Shown piece by piece: positions 35,943 through 45,585 of a stretch of 57,244 nt of DNA. Source of the stretch: a candidate division WOR-3 bacterium (GTDB lineage: Bacteria > Hydrothermota > Tepidihabitantia > Tepidihabitantales > Tepidihabitantaceae); contig JBDRUH010000003.1 of the NCBI GenBank assembly GCA_039801225.1, positions 1-57,244 of the forward strand. The letters are read 5' to 3'. The notes beneath the pieces were generated by a model. The model searched no databases. It was not told where the DNA came from and saw nothing but the letters and a program-made list of their open reading frames with translations. The translations under genes and the position numbers were made by a program. The stretch's first letter is position 1; each line of letters begins with the position of its first letter.

Positions 35943-36991
35943 AACTGAAACCTTTTATAACACCGGAAAGGTTAGAGGTTGATAGCGAAACTCTTACCAA
36001 TAGTTACGGAAAGTTCATAATCGCACCATTGGAGCGAGGATGGGGAGTAACCATCGGTAATTCTTTACGGCGGGCGCTTCTATCCTCGGTTCAGGGTGCG
36101 GCGGTGGTAGAGGTAAGAATTGATGGTGTTGCCCATGAGTTCACAACGATTGAAGATGTGATAGAGGATGTCCCGGAAATTATTCTTAATATCAAAAAAC
36201 TCCGTTTCCGTCTCTGGTCAGAGACACCCAGGAGTTGTTTCCTTCACGCTCAAGGGAAAAGGGAGTTCTGCGGTCGTGACCTAACTATCCCGCCCGAACT
36301 GGCAATAGCCAACCCCGAACAAAAGATATTAACTATTACCGATAGCCGACGAACGGTTAACATTGAAATGGTAGTAGAGAACGGTCGGGGTTATGTAAAA
36401 GCGGAAAGGTTGAAAAAGGGCAGGGCCGCACCGGAAGGGACGATATTCCTTGACGCCTTCTTCTCACCAGTGAAAAAAGTAAACTACTGGGTGGAAAATA
36501 TGCGCGTCCAAGATCGAACCGATTTTGAGCGGGTATTGCTAGAGGTGTGGACCGATGGCACTGTAACTCCAGAAGAGGCATTGATTCAATCAGCCACCAT
36601 TTTAAAGAATCATATGGAAGTGCTGGTACCCCAGGAAAAAGAGCCGGAGTTTATTGAGGAAGAAAAGGTCTACCTGGAACGAGACCGACTCTCAGAACTT
36701 TTGGCAATGGATATTGAAGAACTGGAACTTTCCAACCGGGCGCTCAACTGCTTAAAACGGGGACGTTCTAAACGAACCGGAGAGCGAGTTTCTATCCAAA
36801 CGGTTGCCGATTTGGTGCGACACACTGAAAAGGATATGCTTGATATCGAAAACTTTGGTCGCAAGTCGTTAGAGGAGCTGAAGAAAGTACTTGAGGACCT
36901 GGGTTTGACACTGGGTATGGATATAACCGGTATCCCTATTGGGAAGCCTTTGCCTAAAGAAGAAATAGAGAGTAGCGATGCGGCACGGTGA
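35939..36991 (+). CDS. rpoA: RNA polymerase alpha subunit
   Basis: PLERG.G.T.GNSLRR.LLSS, HEF, SPV..V, ELSNRA.NCL and NFG.KSL.E motifs. Confidence 0.98.
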   Translation: MKLKPFITPERLEVDSETLTNSYGKFIIAPLERGWGVTIGNSLRRALLSSVQGAAVVEVRIDGVAHEFTTIEDVIEDVPEIILNIKKLRFRLWSETPRSCFLHAQGKREFCGRDLTIPPELAIANPEQKILTITDSRRTVNIEMVVENGRGYVKAERLKKGRAAPEGTIFLDAFFSPVKKVNYWVENMRVQDRTDFERVLLEVWTDGTVTPEEALIQSATILKNHMEVLVPQEKEPEFIEEEKVYLERDRLSELLAMDIEELELSNRALNCLKRGRSKRTGERVSIQTVADLVRHTEKDMLDIENFGRKSLEELKKVLEDLGLTLGMDITGIPIGKPLPKEEIESSDAAR

Positions 36992-37406
36992 CCGAGTAAA
37001 GAAACTGGGGCGAAAGCGAGAGCACCGGCTCGCGCTAATGAGAAATTTGGTTGCCGCCCTGATAAAATACGAGCGAATCCGAACTACAGTAGCAAAGGCT
37101 AAAGAGGCACGGCGCTATGCCGAACGACTACTGCGTCAGGCTTGTGTTAATACCGTGGCAGCCCGTCGGGAGGTAGCAAGGTTCATAACTGATAAAAAAC
37201 TGGTGCGAAAACTGTTTGAAGAAATTGCCCCCCGGTTTACTGATCGCCAGGGCGGCTATACCCGGATATACCGGTTGGGGCCACGTCCGGGCGATTCTGC
37301 AGAAATGGCTTATCTTGAGTTTGTAGTTCGGACGGAAAGAGAGAAACCCAAGCGTGCCGAAGGTAAAGAGAAGTCCCCGGCAGAAGAACGCCGCCGCAGG
37401 AAGTAA
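36978..37406 (+). CDS. rplQ: 50S ribosomal protein L17
   Basis: MRH....KLGR, I.TT..KAKE and GGYTRI...G.R.GD.A motifs. Confidence 0.98.
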   Translation: MRHGDRVKKLGRKREHRLALMRNLVAALIKYERIRTTVAKAKEARRYAERLLRQACVNTVAARREVARFITDKKLVRKLFEEIAPRFTDRQGGYTRIYRLGPRPGDSAEMAYLEFVVRTEREKPKRAEGKEKSPAEERRRRK

Positions 37407-37426
37407 CTGGCTTAACCTTATTGGTT

Positions 37427-37789
37427 ATGCTCAGGAAATTTGTTAAATCAAAAATCCAAGGGCTGCGGATTACTGATAAGCAACTGCATTATGAGGGCAG
37501 TTTAGAACTTGCCGCCGATTTACTTGACGCCGCCGACATCCTACCCGGTGAGATGGTCCAGGTGGTAAACATCAATAACGGGAAACGGTGGGAAACTTAT
37601 TGCATCGCCGGACCCGCCGGTTCAGGTGTCTGTGTCCTTAAGGGCGCGGCGGCAAGGCTGGGAGAAGTAGGCGATGAGATAATTGTAATGAGTATCGCTC
37701 TTTTAGACGCAAAGGCACTAGAAAGTTATAAAATGATAAAGGTGAAAGTTGACCAATATAACCGCCTCAGCCAAATTGACAGGTCATGA
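37427..37789 (+). CDS. panD: Aspartate 1-decarboxylase (pyruvoyl proenzyme)
   Basis: KSKI, YEGS cleavage site, NNG.R.ETY and GAAAR motifs. Confidence 0.9.
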   Translation: MLRKFVKSKIQGLRITDKQLHYEGSLELAADLLDAADILPGEMVQVVNINNGKRWETYCIAGPAGSGVCVLKGAAARLGEVGDEIIVMSIALLDAKALESYKMIKVKVDQYNRLSQIDRS

Positions 37790-37808
37790 TGAGAAAAAAG
37801 GTAAAGAA

Positions 37809-37935
37809 GTTCGTGGTTCTTAGTTCTTAGTTCTTGGTTCTTGGTTTTAGAAACTATAAACTATGGACAAATGGTTCTTGGTCCTTAGTTATTAGTTGAG
37901 AACCCCCAACTATGAACTCCAAATCACGAACTAAT
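37809..37935. repeat. Intergenic array of gttctt(a/g) heptamers followed by complementary aact/aacc heptamers
   Basis: gttcgtg gttctta gttctta gttcttg gttcttg ... aactatg aactcca aatcacg aactaat. Confidence 0.85.
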
Positions 37936-37941
37936 TTGATT

Positions 37942-38286
37942 ATGAATGGAAAAGAATTGGCGGAAAAACTTTCGCAGATAATTCTTCATAAACTTGGGGA
38001 AAACATCCTGATCCTTGACCTTCGTGGCGTATCGCCTTTAACTGACTTTTTCGTTATCACCACCGCCAGCTCAACCGTCCACGCCCGAGCAATTGCCGAG
38101 TCTCTTTTAGACCGAAAAGAAACCCGTGGGTTGAGAAAACCCCATCATATTGAAGGAATGGAAAATGCCCAATGGATACTTCTTGACTATTTTGATGTAA
38201 TTGTGCATATTTTTACTCCTGATGTCCGGGAGTTTTATGGTTTGGAAAGATTGTGGGGTGATGTACCCCAGCGTCTGGTCAAATAA
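37942..38286 (+). CDS. rsfS: Ribosome silencing factor
   Basis: D.FVI.T..S, W.LLD..DVIVHIF..D.R.FY.LE.LWGD motifs. Confidence 0.95.
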   Translation: MNGKELAEKLSQIILHKLGENILILDLRGVSPLTDFFVITTASSTVHARAIAESLLDRKETRGLRKPHHIEGMENAQWILLDYFDVIVHIFTPDVREFYGLERLWGDVPQRLVK

Positions 38287-38316
38287 ATTGTTTTTCATAG
38301 ATTTTAGGAGGTAATA

Positions 38317-38778
38317 TTGAACCTATCTTCACTACTCAGAGCAGACCGGATTAACCTTGACCTAAAAAGTCGGAAAAAACCGGAAGTTCTCCGGGAACTG
38401 GTCCTGATGATTAAAGAAGCACAAGACAGTGCAGAAATGCTCCTCCAAACACTGTTAAAACGAGAAGAACTCGGTTCAACTGGCATTGGCAAAGGTATCG
38501 CCATACCTCACGGACGGTCACTTTTACTGGACAAATTGGAAATAGTGGTAGGGAGGTCAACCAAAGGGGTGGATTTTGATGCGGTGGACAACAAACCGGT
38601 CCATCTTTTCTTCCTGGTAATGGCTCCGCCCCAGGACCCTGGTAACCAATATCTAATAACCTTAGGACGGATTGCTATAGTTTGCCAAGAACTGACAAAA
38701 CGGAAGCAGGTTTTTACTCCAGAGACACCTGATGAGTTCATCAAATTCGTCCGGGCACTGGAAGAGAAAATAAAATGA
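38317..38778 (+). CDS. PTS EIIA (Ntr/Fru type) domain protein
   Basis: RE..GSTGIG.GIAIPH and F.A.D.KPV.L.F motifs. Confidence 0.92.
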   Translation: MNLSSLLRADRINLDLKSRKKPEVLRELVLMIKEAQDSAEMLLQTLLKREELGSTGIGKGIAIPHGRSLLLDKLEIVVGRSTKGVDFDAVDNKPVHLFFLVMAPPQDPGNQYLITLGRIAIVCQELTKRKQVFTPETPDEFIKFVRALEEKIK

Positions 38779-39125
38779 ATCCCAAAATAGAAACCCTTCG
38801 TTCCTTAGAGGAGTTTGACCACATTTTAAGGGACATAGAGAAAGAAGATTATCAGCAGGTTGGTTTTAAAGGGGTAAAGATTTCTGAGCAGTTCATCAAA
38901 ATTGCTGAGAAAGAGAGGACAAAACTCACCAAGAAAATTGACCCGAAGGTACTGGCTCAATATGAACGAATAATGAAGCGCTATGGTGGGCGAGTGGTCG
39001 TCCAGGTAATTCGCGAGTTTTGTGGTGGCTGCTATGTGCGGTTGCCATCAGAACTGGTGGCACGATGTCGCACCGAATTGGTTACCTGCCCAAATTGTGG
39101 AAGATTTCTCTATTGGATAAAGTAA
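38775..39125 (+). CDS. Short C4 zinc-ribbon (DUF164-like) protein
   Basis: Y.RI, CGGC...LP and CPNCGR.LY motifs. Confidence 0.82.
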   Translation: MNPKIETLRSLEEFDHILRDIEKEDYQQVGFKGVKISEQFIKIAEKERTKLTKKIDPKVLAQYERIMKRYGGRVVVQVIREFCGGCYVRLPSELVARCRTELVTCPNCGRFLYWIK

Positions 39126-39147
39126 GGAAAATTTAGTCTCATTATTA

Positions 39148-39948
39148 GTGCTAATTCTTTTATTGTCGTTTTATTCGGCGTTTGAGTATTCTTTACCCTC
39201 CGGTCCTTTTAGCAGTATGGCAGCCGGTCTGGCGGTAGATGACTGGCGGCATTGGTTTGAAGTAAACCCCGCAGTTTGTATTTCCCAATGGCGGTTTGGT
39301 GCCGATGCTGTTTATACCCGTCCTTATGGACTTACGGGGCTTAATTGCGGTAAATTAGGAGTAAATTTACGGCAGAGGAATGTCGCATTAGGGGTGGGAA
39401 TTCATATTGTTGGGATTGAAGGAGCAGAAGAGTTGAAGACCAAAATAGGTCTCGGGCTGGAACCGGTTTCAAGTGTAAAGGTAGGAATCGGAATTGGCGC
39501 CCTGATTCAGGATATGAGATATTATGGGGTTGATTGGGCTCCAGTATTTGACATTGGTGTCTTATACCAAAAAGATAAATTAAGTTTTGGACTCTCAGGT
39601 AAACAATTAAACTCACCCCGTTTGAAGAATGGGGATGAGGTGCCATACCATTTGGGCGTCGGAGTAGCCTGGGAGCCTATCTCTTCTCTCCTTTTGACGC
39701 TTGACCTGTATCGGGAAGGAAGGGATGAGGGGGGCGCCGCCGGTGTTGAGATTAGATTTTTCCCAGAACTGGCGATTCGTGCCGGAGTCGGAACTATGCC
39801 TTTTCACTGGTGTGCCGGGGTAGGTATACGATTGGGGTGCTTTCATTTAGATAATCACCAGGCTCAGTTCGGACTGGATTATAGTTACCAACTCCATCCC
39901 GAATTGGGTGATACCCATATCTTTAGTATTAACTGGGGATGGAATTGA
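39148..39948 (+). CDS. PorV/PorQ-like outer membrane beta-barrel protein
   Basis: S.AAG...NPA N-terminal motif, alternating beta strands, DYSY..HP.LG.TH..S C-terminus. Confidence 0.6.
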   Translation: MLILLLSFYSAFEYSLPSGPFSSMAAGLAVDDWRHWFEVNPAVCISQWRFGADAVYTRPYGLTGLNCGKLGVNLRQRNVALGVGIHIVGIEGAEELKTKIGLGLEPVSSVKVGIGIGALIQDMRYYGVDWAPVFDIGVLYQKDKLSFGLSGKQLNSPRLKNGDEVPYHLGVGVAWEPISSLLLTLDLYREGRDEGGAAGVEIRFFPELAIRAGVGTMPFHWCAGVGIRLGCFHLDNHQAQFGLDYSYQLHPELGDTHIFSINWGWN

Positions 39949-41495
39949 CCTTTATTCTATTCTTTGTAGATGTTATCGGTTTATTGCCTATAGAGTTAAT
40001 TCCTGATGGAGGCGTTAACCCAGATGATGAGGCGGTTTATGAGACACTTGAGGACAGTTTAATCGCGCCTTATCTAAGGGCAAATGTCCGGAGAAGTATC
40101 TTGTTTCGCATCCGGGGTGACTCCTTTTTCAGCGGGATGAAGGGGTATGCCAGTTTTATAAGGGCGAATTTCTTGGCAGATGGCAAAGAGGCATGTCTAA
40201 TCTTAGAAAAAGACAAGGGCGAGAAAAGCCCTGCTGATTTTATCGGCGGCGGGTTTTCTTATAACTGGAAACAGTGGCGTATTACCGCGGGCGATTTTTT
40301 AGCCCATTTTGGCACCGGGTTAATTCTTACCACACCTTATTCCCGCTCCGGCTTGAACTTATCCGGTTCGGCAGAAAAGAAAAAGTCTCTACCAAATTCG
40401 GCGCAAGAAAACAGAAACCTTCGTGGGATAAGAGTGGACTGGGTTTCGCAAAAGTGGTCCGTAGTAGCATTAGGTAGCTACTCACCCCGGGATGCCCGGT
40501 TAAATCCTTTTGGAACGGTTGAGCGGTTGAATTTCTCTGGAATCCATAATGATTCCGCCTCTTGTGCCGAAAGGAAGCAGGTAGCACAGGGACTAGGAGG
40601 GATGCTGTTATGTTACAGCGGTTTAAATGTCCACACTGGCATTTCTCTTCAAGGCATTAGATTTAACCGAATTTTTGCTCCTAAAGATTCAACCGCATCC
40701 TTCTTCGGTCAAAACCTCGCCGGGCTCAGTTTCTATTGTCGTTACGGGTCTGAGAATAAAACAGGCGAACTGGAACTGGCTCATTCATTTCCCGGTAATG
40801 GCGCGGGAATGGTGCGATTTAAATTGAATGAATCTGGTATTAATGCCCTGTTTACTGGGACAGTTTACCAGAAGCGATTCTTCTCACCGGCAGGACGACG
40901 CTACGCCCTCACTAACAATAAGGAGCGGGTAGAATTAAGGGGCACATTAGGCTATCATAAAGGAGCATTAAAACTGGCGCTTACTGGTAATACCTATCGT
41001 GACTACTCTGTTGACTCAATCCCGGCACGATTGGAGATTAAAACAGGTTACGAATCACGGGTGTTGGCGATTAAGTTGGTGCTGAATCGGACCTACCGTT
41101 TGGAACAAAGTCGCACTCGGGCGGCAAAGGTTGTGATAAGCACCAACTGGGATTTAATTCAACTGCAGTTTCTATTTTGTGATGAGTATCCGGAATGGAC
41201 CATTGGTAGAGGTAGAGCGGTAAGTCTTAATGCTGAAGTTGACCGGAATTGGGGAAAACTTGCCCTGGGCATTGGCTGGATTGATATTTCTGGGAAGGGG
41301 GTGAGAGTTTCGATTCCGGAATCTGGACCGATGCAGATCGGCACCAGTTTCAGTTCCTATCAGTCGGCGCTAAGATTGAGTGTTTGTGGTACTTTGAGGG
41401 TAATCCGGTTGAGGCAATTTGCCGCCAAGTTAGGTCTGACTCGTAAAGATCACTGGCAAACGGATATTGGGCTCCAGTGGCAATTTATTAGTTAG
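39939..41495 (+). CDS. Putative outer membrane beta-barrel resembling FCB ComEA-type helix-hairpin-helix barrel proteins
   Basis: EKD.GE, GDF..HFG.GL, EN..LRG and G.H motifs; amphipathic strands; C-terminal aromatic residues. Confidence 0.55.
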   Translation: MELTFILFFVDVIGLLPIELIPDGGVNPDDEAVYETLEDSLIAPYLRANVRRSILFRIRGDSFFSGMKGYASFIRANFLADGKEACLILEKDKGEKSPADFIGGGFSYNWKQWRITAGDFLAHFGTGLILTTPYSRSGLNLSGSAEKKKSLPNSAQENRNLRGIRVDWVSQKWSVVALGSYSPRDARLNPFGTVERLNFSGIHNDSASCAERKQVAQGLGGMLLCYSGLNVHTGISLQGIRFNRIFAPKDSTASFFGQNLAGLSFYCRYGSENKTGELELAHSFPGNGAGMVRFKLNESGINALFTGTVYQKRFFSPAGRRYALTNNKERVELRGTLGYHKGALKLALTGNTYRDYSVDSIPARLEIKTGYESRVLAIKLVLNRTYRLEQSRTRAAKVVISTNWDLIQLQFLFCDEYPEWTIGRGRAVSLNAEVDRNWGKLALGIGWIDISGKGVRVSIPESGPMQIGTSFSSYQSALRLSVCGTLRVIRLRQFAAKLGLTRKDHWQTDIGLQWQFIS

Positions 41496-41499
41496 AAAA

Positions 41500-42336
41500 A
41501 TGATTGACTACCACATTCATCCTGACTTTTCTCCTGACGCAAAAGGAAGCCTTCTTGACTACTGTCAGGTAGCCAGAAAATTGGGGATGAAGGAGATATG
41601 CTTTACCACCCATTATGAACCGGACCCGGAGCGTGCCGAGATTGAACAGGTGATAGTTAAAGACAAAAGGGTGCCGGTGGATTCGGATTGGGTTGAAGAT
41701 TACTTTGGTGAAATAGACCGCTGTCGGAAACAGTTTTCAGATTTGACAATCAGAGCCGGGGTTGAGATTGGATATGAAATGGGCTTAGAGGGTAAAATTG
41801 CTAACTTTCTCGCTCGGTATCAATTTGACTTTGTTCTTGGCGCGGTCCATTGCCTTGACCATATTGCCATCACCGCTTCAAAAGAACTAAAGGAGTTCCA
41901 CAATAAACTCAAGCCGCGGGGTGGGAATTATATTGCCCGGCGGTATTTTGAATATATCCGGGCGGCAGCGCGTTCCCATCTATTTGATGCCATTGCCCAT
42001 TTGGATATCTGGCGGAAGTATATTATAGGCGAGATGGATGAAGGTTTTGCTCGGGCGATTGATGAACTAATTGAGCCGATGCTAATAGAAATTGCCCGTT
42101 CCGGCGTAGGAATAGAAGTCAATACCGCCCCGCTGCGTAACAATGAAGAGGCAGAACCATACCCTACCAAGAGAATAATCCAGCAGGCGGTTAAATTGGG
42201 CATCCGGACATTCACTGTTGGCTCTGATGCCCATCAACCTCACCATTTAGGGCTTGGAATCCCAAAGGCGATTCAGTTGCTCGGCGAATTCGGCTTAAAG
42301 CCTACCCGATTCAAAAACCGCCAGGTCATAACTTAA
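41500..42336 (+). CDS. PHP-domain histidinol-phosphatase (HisJ/HisK family)
   Basis: DYHIH, T.H, GVE, DF.LG.VH, AHLD, EVNT and GSDAH motifs. Confidence 0.88.
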   Translation: MIDYHIHPDFSPDAKGSLLDYCQVARKLGMKEICFTTHYEPDPERAEIEQVIVKDKRVPVDSDWVEDYFGEIDRCRKQFSDLTIRAGVEIGYEMGLEGKIANFLARYQFDFVLGAVHCLDHIAITASKELKEFHNKLKPRGGNYIARRYFEYIRAAARSHLFDAIAHLDIWRKYIIGEMDEGFARAIDELIEPMLIEIARSGVGIEVNTAPLRNNEEAEPYPTKRIIQQAVKLGIRTFTVGSDAHQPHHLGLGIPKAIQLLGEFGLKPTRFKNRQVIT

Positions 42337-42447
42337 GTAGTTCATAGTTATCCAATTTAGAAAATCAATAGCCAATTGATACCGTTACTGATTGACAAAA
42401 TTGTTGTTTGTGGCAATCTTATGGTAGTTACGAAGAAAGGAGTTGAA

Positions 42448-42822
42448 ATGAAAGAAGCAGTCCGGACCGACGAAGCACCCAAACCAGTTGGACCCTACAG
42501 CCAGGCGGTAAAAGTGGGGAATTTAATATTTACTTCAGGTCAGATCGGCATTGACCCGAAAACCAATGAATTGGTTGAAGGACTTGAGGAACAGACAAAG
42601 CAGACATTTATGAATCTATCAGCCGTGCTCGCTGCGGCCGGAAGTGGATTGGAACGGGTGGTAAAGACCACAATATTTATTACCGATATGGATAATTTCT
42701 CTTTAGTTAACTCAATTTACGCCCAGTTTTTCCGCGAGCCATTTCCGGCAAGGTCCACGGTTGAAGTCTCGAGATTACCCAAAGGGGCATTAATAGAAGT
42801 TGACGCTATTGCCGAAATTTAA
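42448..42822 (+). CDS. ridA: RidA/YjgF family enamine deaminase (start ATG 42448)
   Basis: AP..VGPYSQA, SGQIG, VKTT.F and PARS.V.V..LP...L.E motifs; AAGGAG SD; TTGACA-16-CAATCT upstream. Confidence 0.93.
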   Translation: MKEAVRTDEAPKPVGPYSQAVKVGNLIFTSGQIGIDPKTNELVEGLEEQTKQTFMNLSAVLAAAGSGLERVVKTTIFITDMDNFSLVNSIYAQFFREPFPARSTVEVSRLPKGALIEVDAIAEI

Positions 42823-43804
42823 TCTCTTGCTCTTGGTGACGGCATTGGTTAATGCTTCACCAAAAGAAGAGGAGATTATCAGAGCAAGGGACCTCTGCTA
42901 TTTTGAGGATTATCAACGAGCCGCAGAACTGATAGAGAATTTATCCAACAGATACCCGGATGAGCCAGCGGTTATTTTCTGGCAAGCGGCATTTTTACAG
43001 ATGCTCATATACGACTCGGGGCAGAACAATCTTTTGGACTCATTCTACCGGGTAAGCGACCGAGTGGTTCGGTTGTGTAAAGAACGGCTAAGAGAAAATC
43101 CCCGAGATGGTTGGGCACAATTTTACTGGGGTCTAACCGAACTCAATCGGGCAAATTGCCAAAGTTGGCAGAATCGGAAATTGACCGCATTTTTAACTAT
43201 GTTGAAGGCAAGAGGACATTTCCATCGGGCGCTAACGCTAAAACCGGAACTAGAGGATGCCTGGTTAGGAATTGGTGTAATTGAGTATTTCAAAGCAACA
43301 GCAGACCGTTATTGTGGTGGGTTGGGCTTAATTGGGTCAAAAGGAAAGGCATTCCAATTGGTTAGCCAGGCACAAAAGAAAGGCGGACTTTTGCAGCCAA
43401 TGGCAGAGTATCTATTGGGTTTTATGGCGAAGGAGGAGAAAAGGTTTGAAGATGCGGTTCAATGGAGTTGTTCTTTGCTCTTTCGTTACCCCAACAATCG
43501 GACGACACGCCGACTATTGCGGGATATATATTTGGATATGAGTGAATATACTGAAGTGATTGAAATCGGTCGGAAACTGGAATCTGATATCATCAACACC
43601 TTTCCCAATAATCGTTATGGTTTAGCCGAAAATCGGTTGAAAATGGCTTACGCATATGAAGGTTTGAACCAACTGGATAGCGCACAGATTTTTTGTGAAC
43701 GCATCATCGCCTGGGAGGAATACCAGAACTTTGTACCCTGGCTTGCCAACTATATTCAGGAGGCAAAGCGGTTAAGGAAAAGGATTTCTCTTAAACGAGG
43801 TTAA
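42800..43804 (+). CDS. Exported TPR-repeat protein
   Basis: Signal-like N-terminus; helical TPR pattern AL.L.P...DA.LG.G. Confidence 0.75.
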   Translation: MTLLPKFNLLLLVTALVNASPKEEEIIRARDLCYFEDYQRAAELIENLSNRYPDEPAVIFWQAAFLQMLIYDSGQNNLLDSFYRVSDRVVRLCKERLRENPRDGWAQFYWGLTELNRANCQSWQNRKLTAFLTMLKARGHFHRALTLKPELEDAWLGIGVIEYFKATADRYCGGLGLIGSKGKAFQLVSQAQKKGGLLQPMAEYLLGFMAKEEKRFEDAVQWSCSLLFRYPNNRTTRRLLRDIYLDMSEYTEVIEIGRKLESDIINTFPNNRYGLAENRLKMAYAYEGLNQLDSAQIFCERIIAWEEYQNFVPWLANYIQEAKRLRKRISLKRG

Positions 43805-43808
43805 ATTA

Positions 43809-44258
43809 GTGGCAGAAGTGGTAATTATTGGCATTGGTAACCGGTCTCGGGGAGATGATGGTGTTGGCTCCAAGGTGGTTGAGATGCTATCGGATTTGTC
43901 CAATGCGAAGGTTATTAATGCGGGAACAGTGCCAGAAAACTACATTGAACCGATACTAAAAGAGAAGCCGAGCCGGATACTCTTAGTGGATGCCTGCAAA
44001 TTTGGCGGTCAACCGGGTGAATTTCGTCTTTTCCCCATTGGTGATTTTCATCAGTTAATTAGCGGTGGCTTCTCCACCCACACCCTATCTCTGGCACCCT
44101 TAGCAGAACTCTTAGCAACTGAGTCTGACGCTCGGGTGTGGCTTTTAGGGATTGAACCAGCGGAAACCAACCTTAGTGAAGGGATTTCCCCGATGGTTAA
44201 TCTCGCTTTACCGGCAATTGTGAATTTTATCCGCTCTTGGGTTACTAATCCCGATTAA
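43809..44258 (+). CDS. Hydrogenase maturation endopeptidase (HycI-like)
   Basis: GIGN..RGDDG.G, G.VPEN, VDA and STH motifs. Confidence 0.9.
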   Translation: MAEVVIIGIGNRSRGDDGVGSKVVEMLSDLSNAKVINAGTVPENYIEPILKEKPSRILLVDACKFGGQPGEFRLFPIGDFHQLISGGFSTHTLSLAPLAELLATESDARVWLLGIEPAETNLSEGISPMVNLALPAIVNFIRSWVTNPD

Positions 44259-45585
44259 CCCGCCGATATCCTAAGGTATAAAGTTTTTTGATATTCCGTT
44301 TAGTTATGGCGTTGCGGGTATCAAGAATCAACCTGCTTTCTTTTAAAATTAGTTCGTAATCAAAGGAGGAGTGGTCGGTAAGAATTACCACACAGTCAGC
44401 CTGGCGGATTAGCGCCGGACTGAGAAGTTTGGCTTTGAACATTCTGCCATTAATCTCAAGTGTTGGCACATAGGGGTCAACATATTCCATTTTTCTCACC
44501 TTGTCCAAAAGGATTTCCATTACCTTTATTGCCGGCGAGTGTCTGGTGTCGGCGACATTCCGCTTAAAAGCAGCACCAAGAATAAGAATTTTTGCTTTTT
44601 GCGCTGGGATACCATTTATGCCTAAAACTTCCAGTAATCGGTCAACAACAAAGAAAGGCATCGCCTCATTGGTTTCGGCGGCAAGTTCAATAAAGTTGGA
44701 GTGAAAGTCGTATTCCCGGGCTTTCCAGGCAAGATAATATGGGTCGATCAGAATGCAATGACCGCCAATCCCCGGACCAGGATAAAAAGGCATAAAACCA
44801 AAAGGCTTGGTTGCGGCAGCATTGATCACCTCCCAGATGTCAATATTACCCATACGGTCACACATCCGGGCGAGTTCATTGACCAGGGCGATGTTAACGC
44901 TGCGAAAGATATTCTCTAGAAGTTTGGACATTTCTGCTACCCGGGGCGAGGATACGGAAACAACCTTTTCCACAAACTGAGAGAAAAACAGGGCGGTGAG
45001 GCGAGTGCATTCTCTACTAACACCACCGACAACTACCGGGGTATTCTTGGTGGTCCAGCGTTGATTACCTGGGTCAATCCGTTCTGGGGCAAAGGAAAGG
45101 TAGAAATCCTTTCCCACTTTAAGACCGCTTTTTTCTAAAAGGGGCAAAAGAACCTTTTCGGTTGTCTCCGGATAAGTGGTGCTTCGCAAGATGATGAGTT
45201 GACCAGGATGGAGAAATCGGGCGACCGCTTTACCACTAGAGACAATATAAGAGATGTCCGGGTCTTTAGTAGGGGTGAAGGGGGTGGGAACACAGATGTT
45301 AATTACATCCGATTTACTGCAGGGAGTGTAACTGGTGGTTGCCTTCAACTTCCGGGCTTTAACCAGTTCGGCAACATCAGCCGATGGGACATCGCCAATG
45401 AAACTTTCACCCCTGTTGACTGCAGTAACCTTTCCCCGGTCAACATCAATGCCAATCGTTTCGTAGCCGGCACGGGCAATTTCAACTGCGAGGGGCAAAC
45501 CGACATAGCCAATGCCAACTATTGCCACCCTCGCTTCTCGACGGCGTATTTTGGCCTCTAATTTTTCCATTTTACTCCTTTCCAT
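44245..45585 (-). CDS. Nucleotide-sugar dehydrogenase (UDP-GlcNAc 6-dehydrogenase WbpA/TviB-like)
   Basis: G.GYVGLP, CVPTP, PERIDPGN, KLLEN.FR.VNIAL.NE and GPG.GGHC motifs. Confidence 0.92.
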   Translation of the reverse strand: MERSKMEKLEAKIRRREARVAIVGIGYVGLPLAVEIARAGYETIGIDVDRGKVTAVNRGESFIGDVPSADVAELVKARKLKATTSYTPCSKSDVINICVPTPFTPTKDPDISYIVSSGKAVARFLHPGQLIILRSTTYPETTEKVLLPLLEKSGLKVGKDFYLSFAPERIDPGNQRWTTKNTPVVVGGVSRECTRLTALFFSQFVEKVVSVSSPRVAEMSKLLENIFRSVNIALVNELARMCDRMGNIDIWEVINAAATKPFGFMPFYPGPGIGGHCILIDPYYLAWKAREYDFHSNFIELAAETNEAMPFFVVDRLLEVLGINGIPAQKAKILILGAAFKRNVADTRHSPAIKVMEILLDKVRKMEYVDPYVPTLEINGRMFKAKLLSPALIRQADCVVILTDHSSFDYELILKESRLILDTRNAITKRNIKKLYTLGYRRVNRD

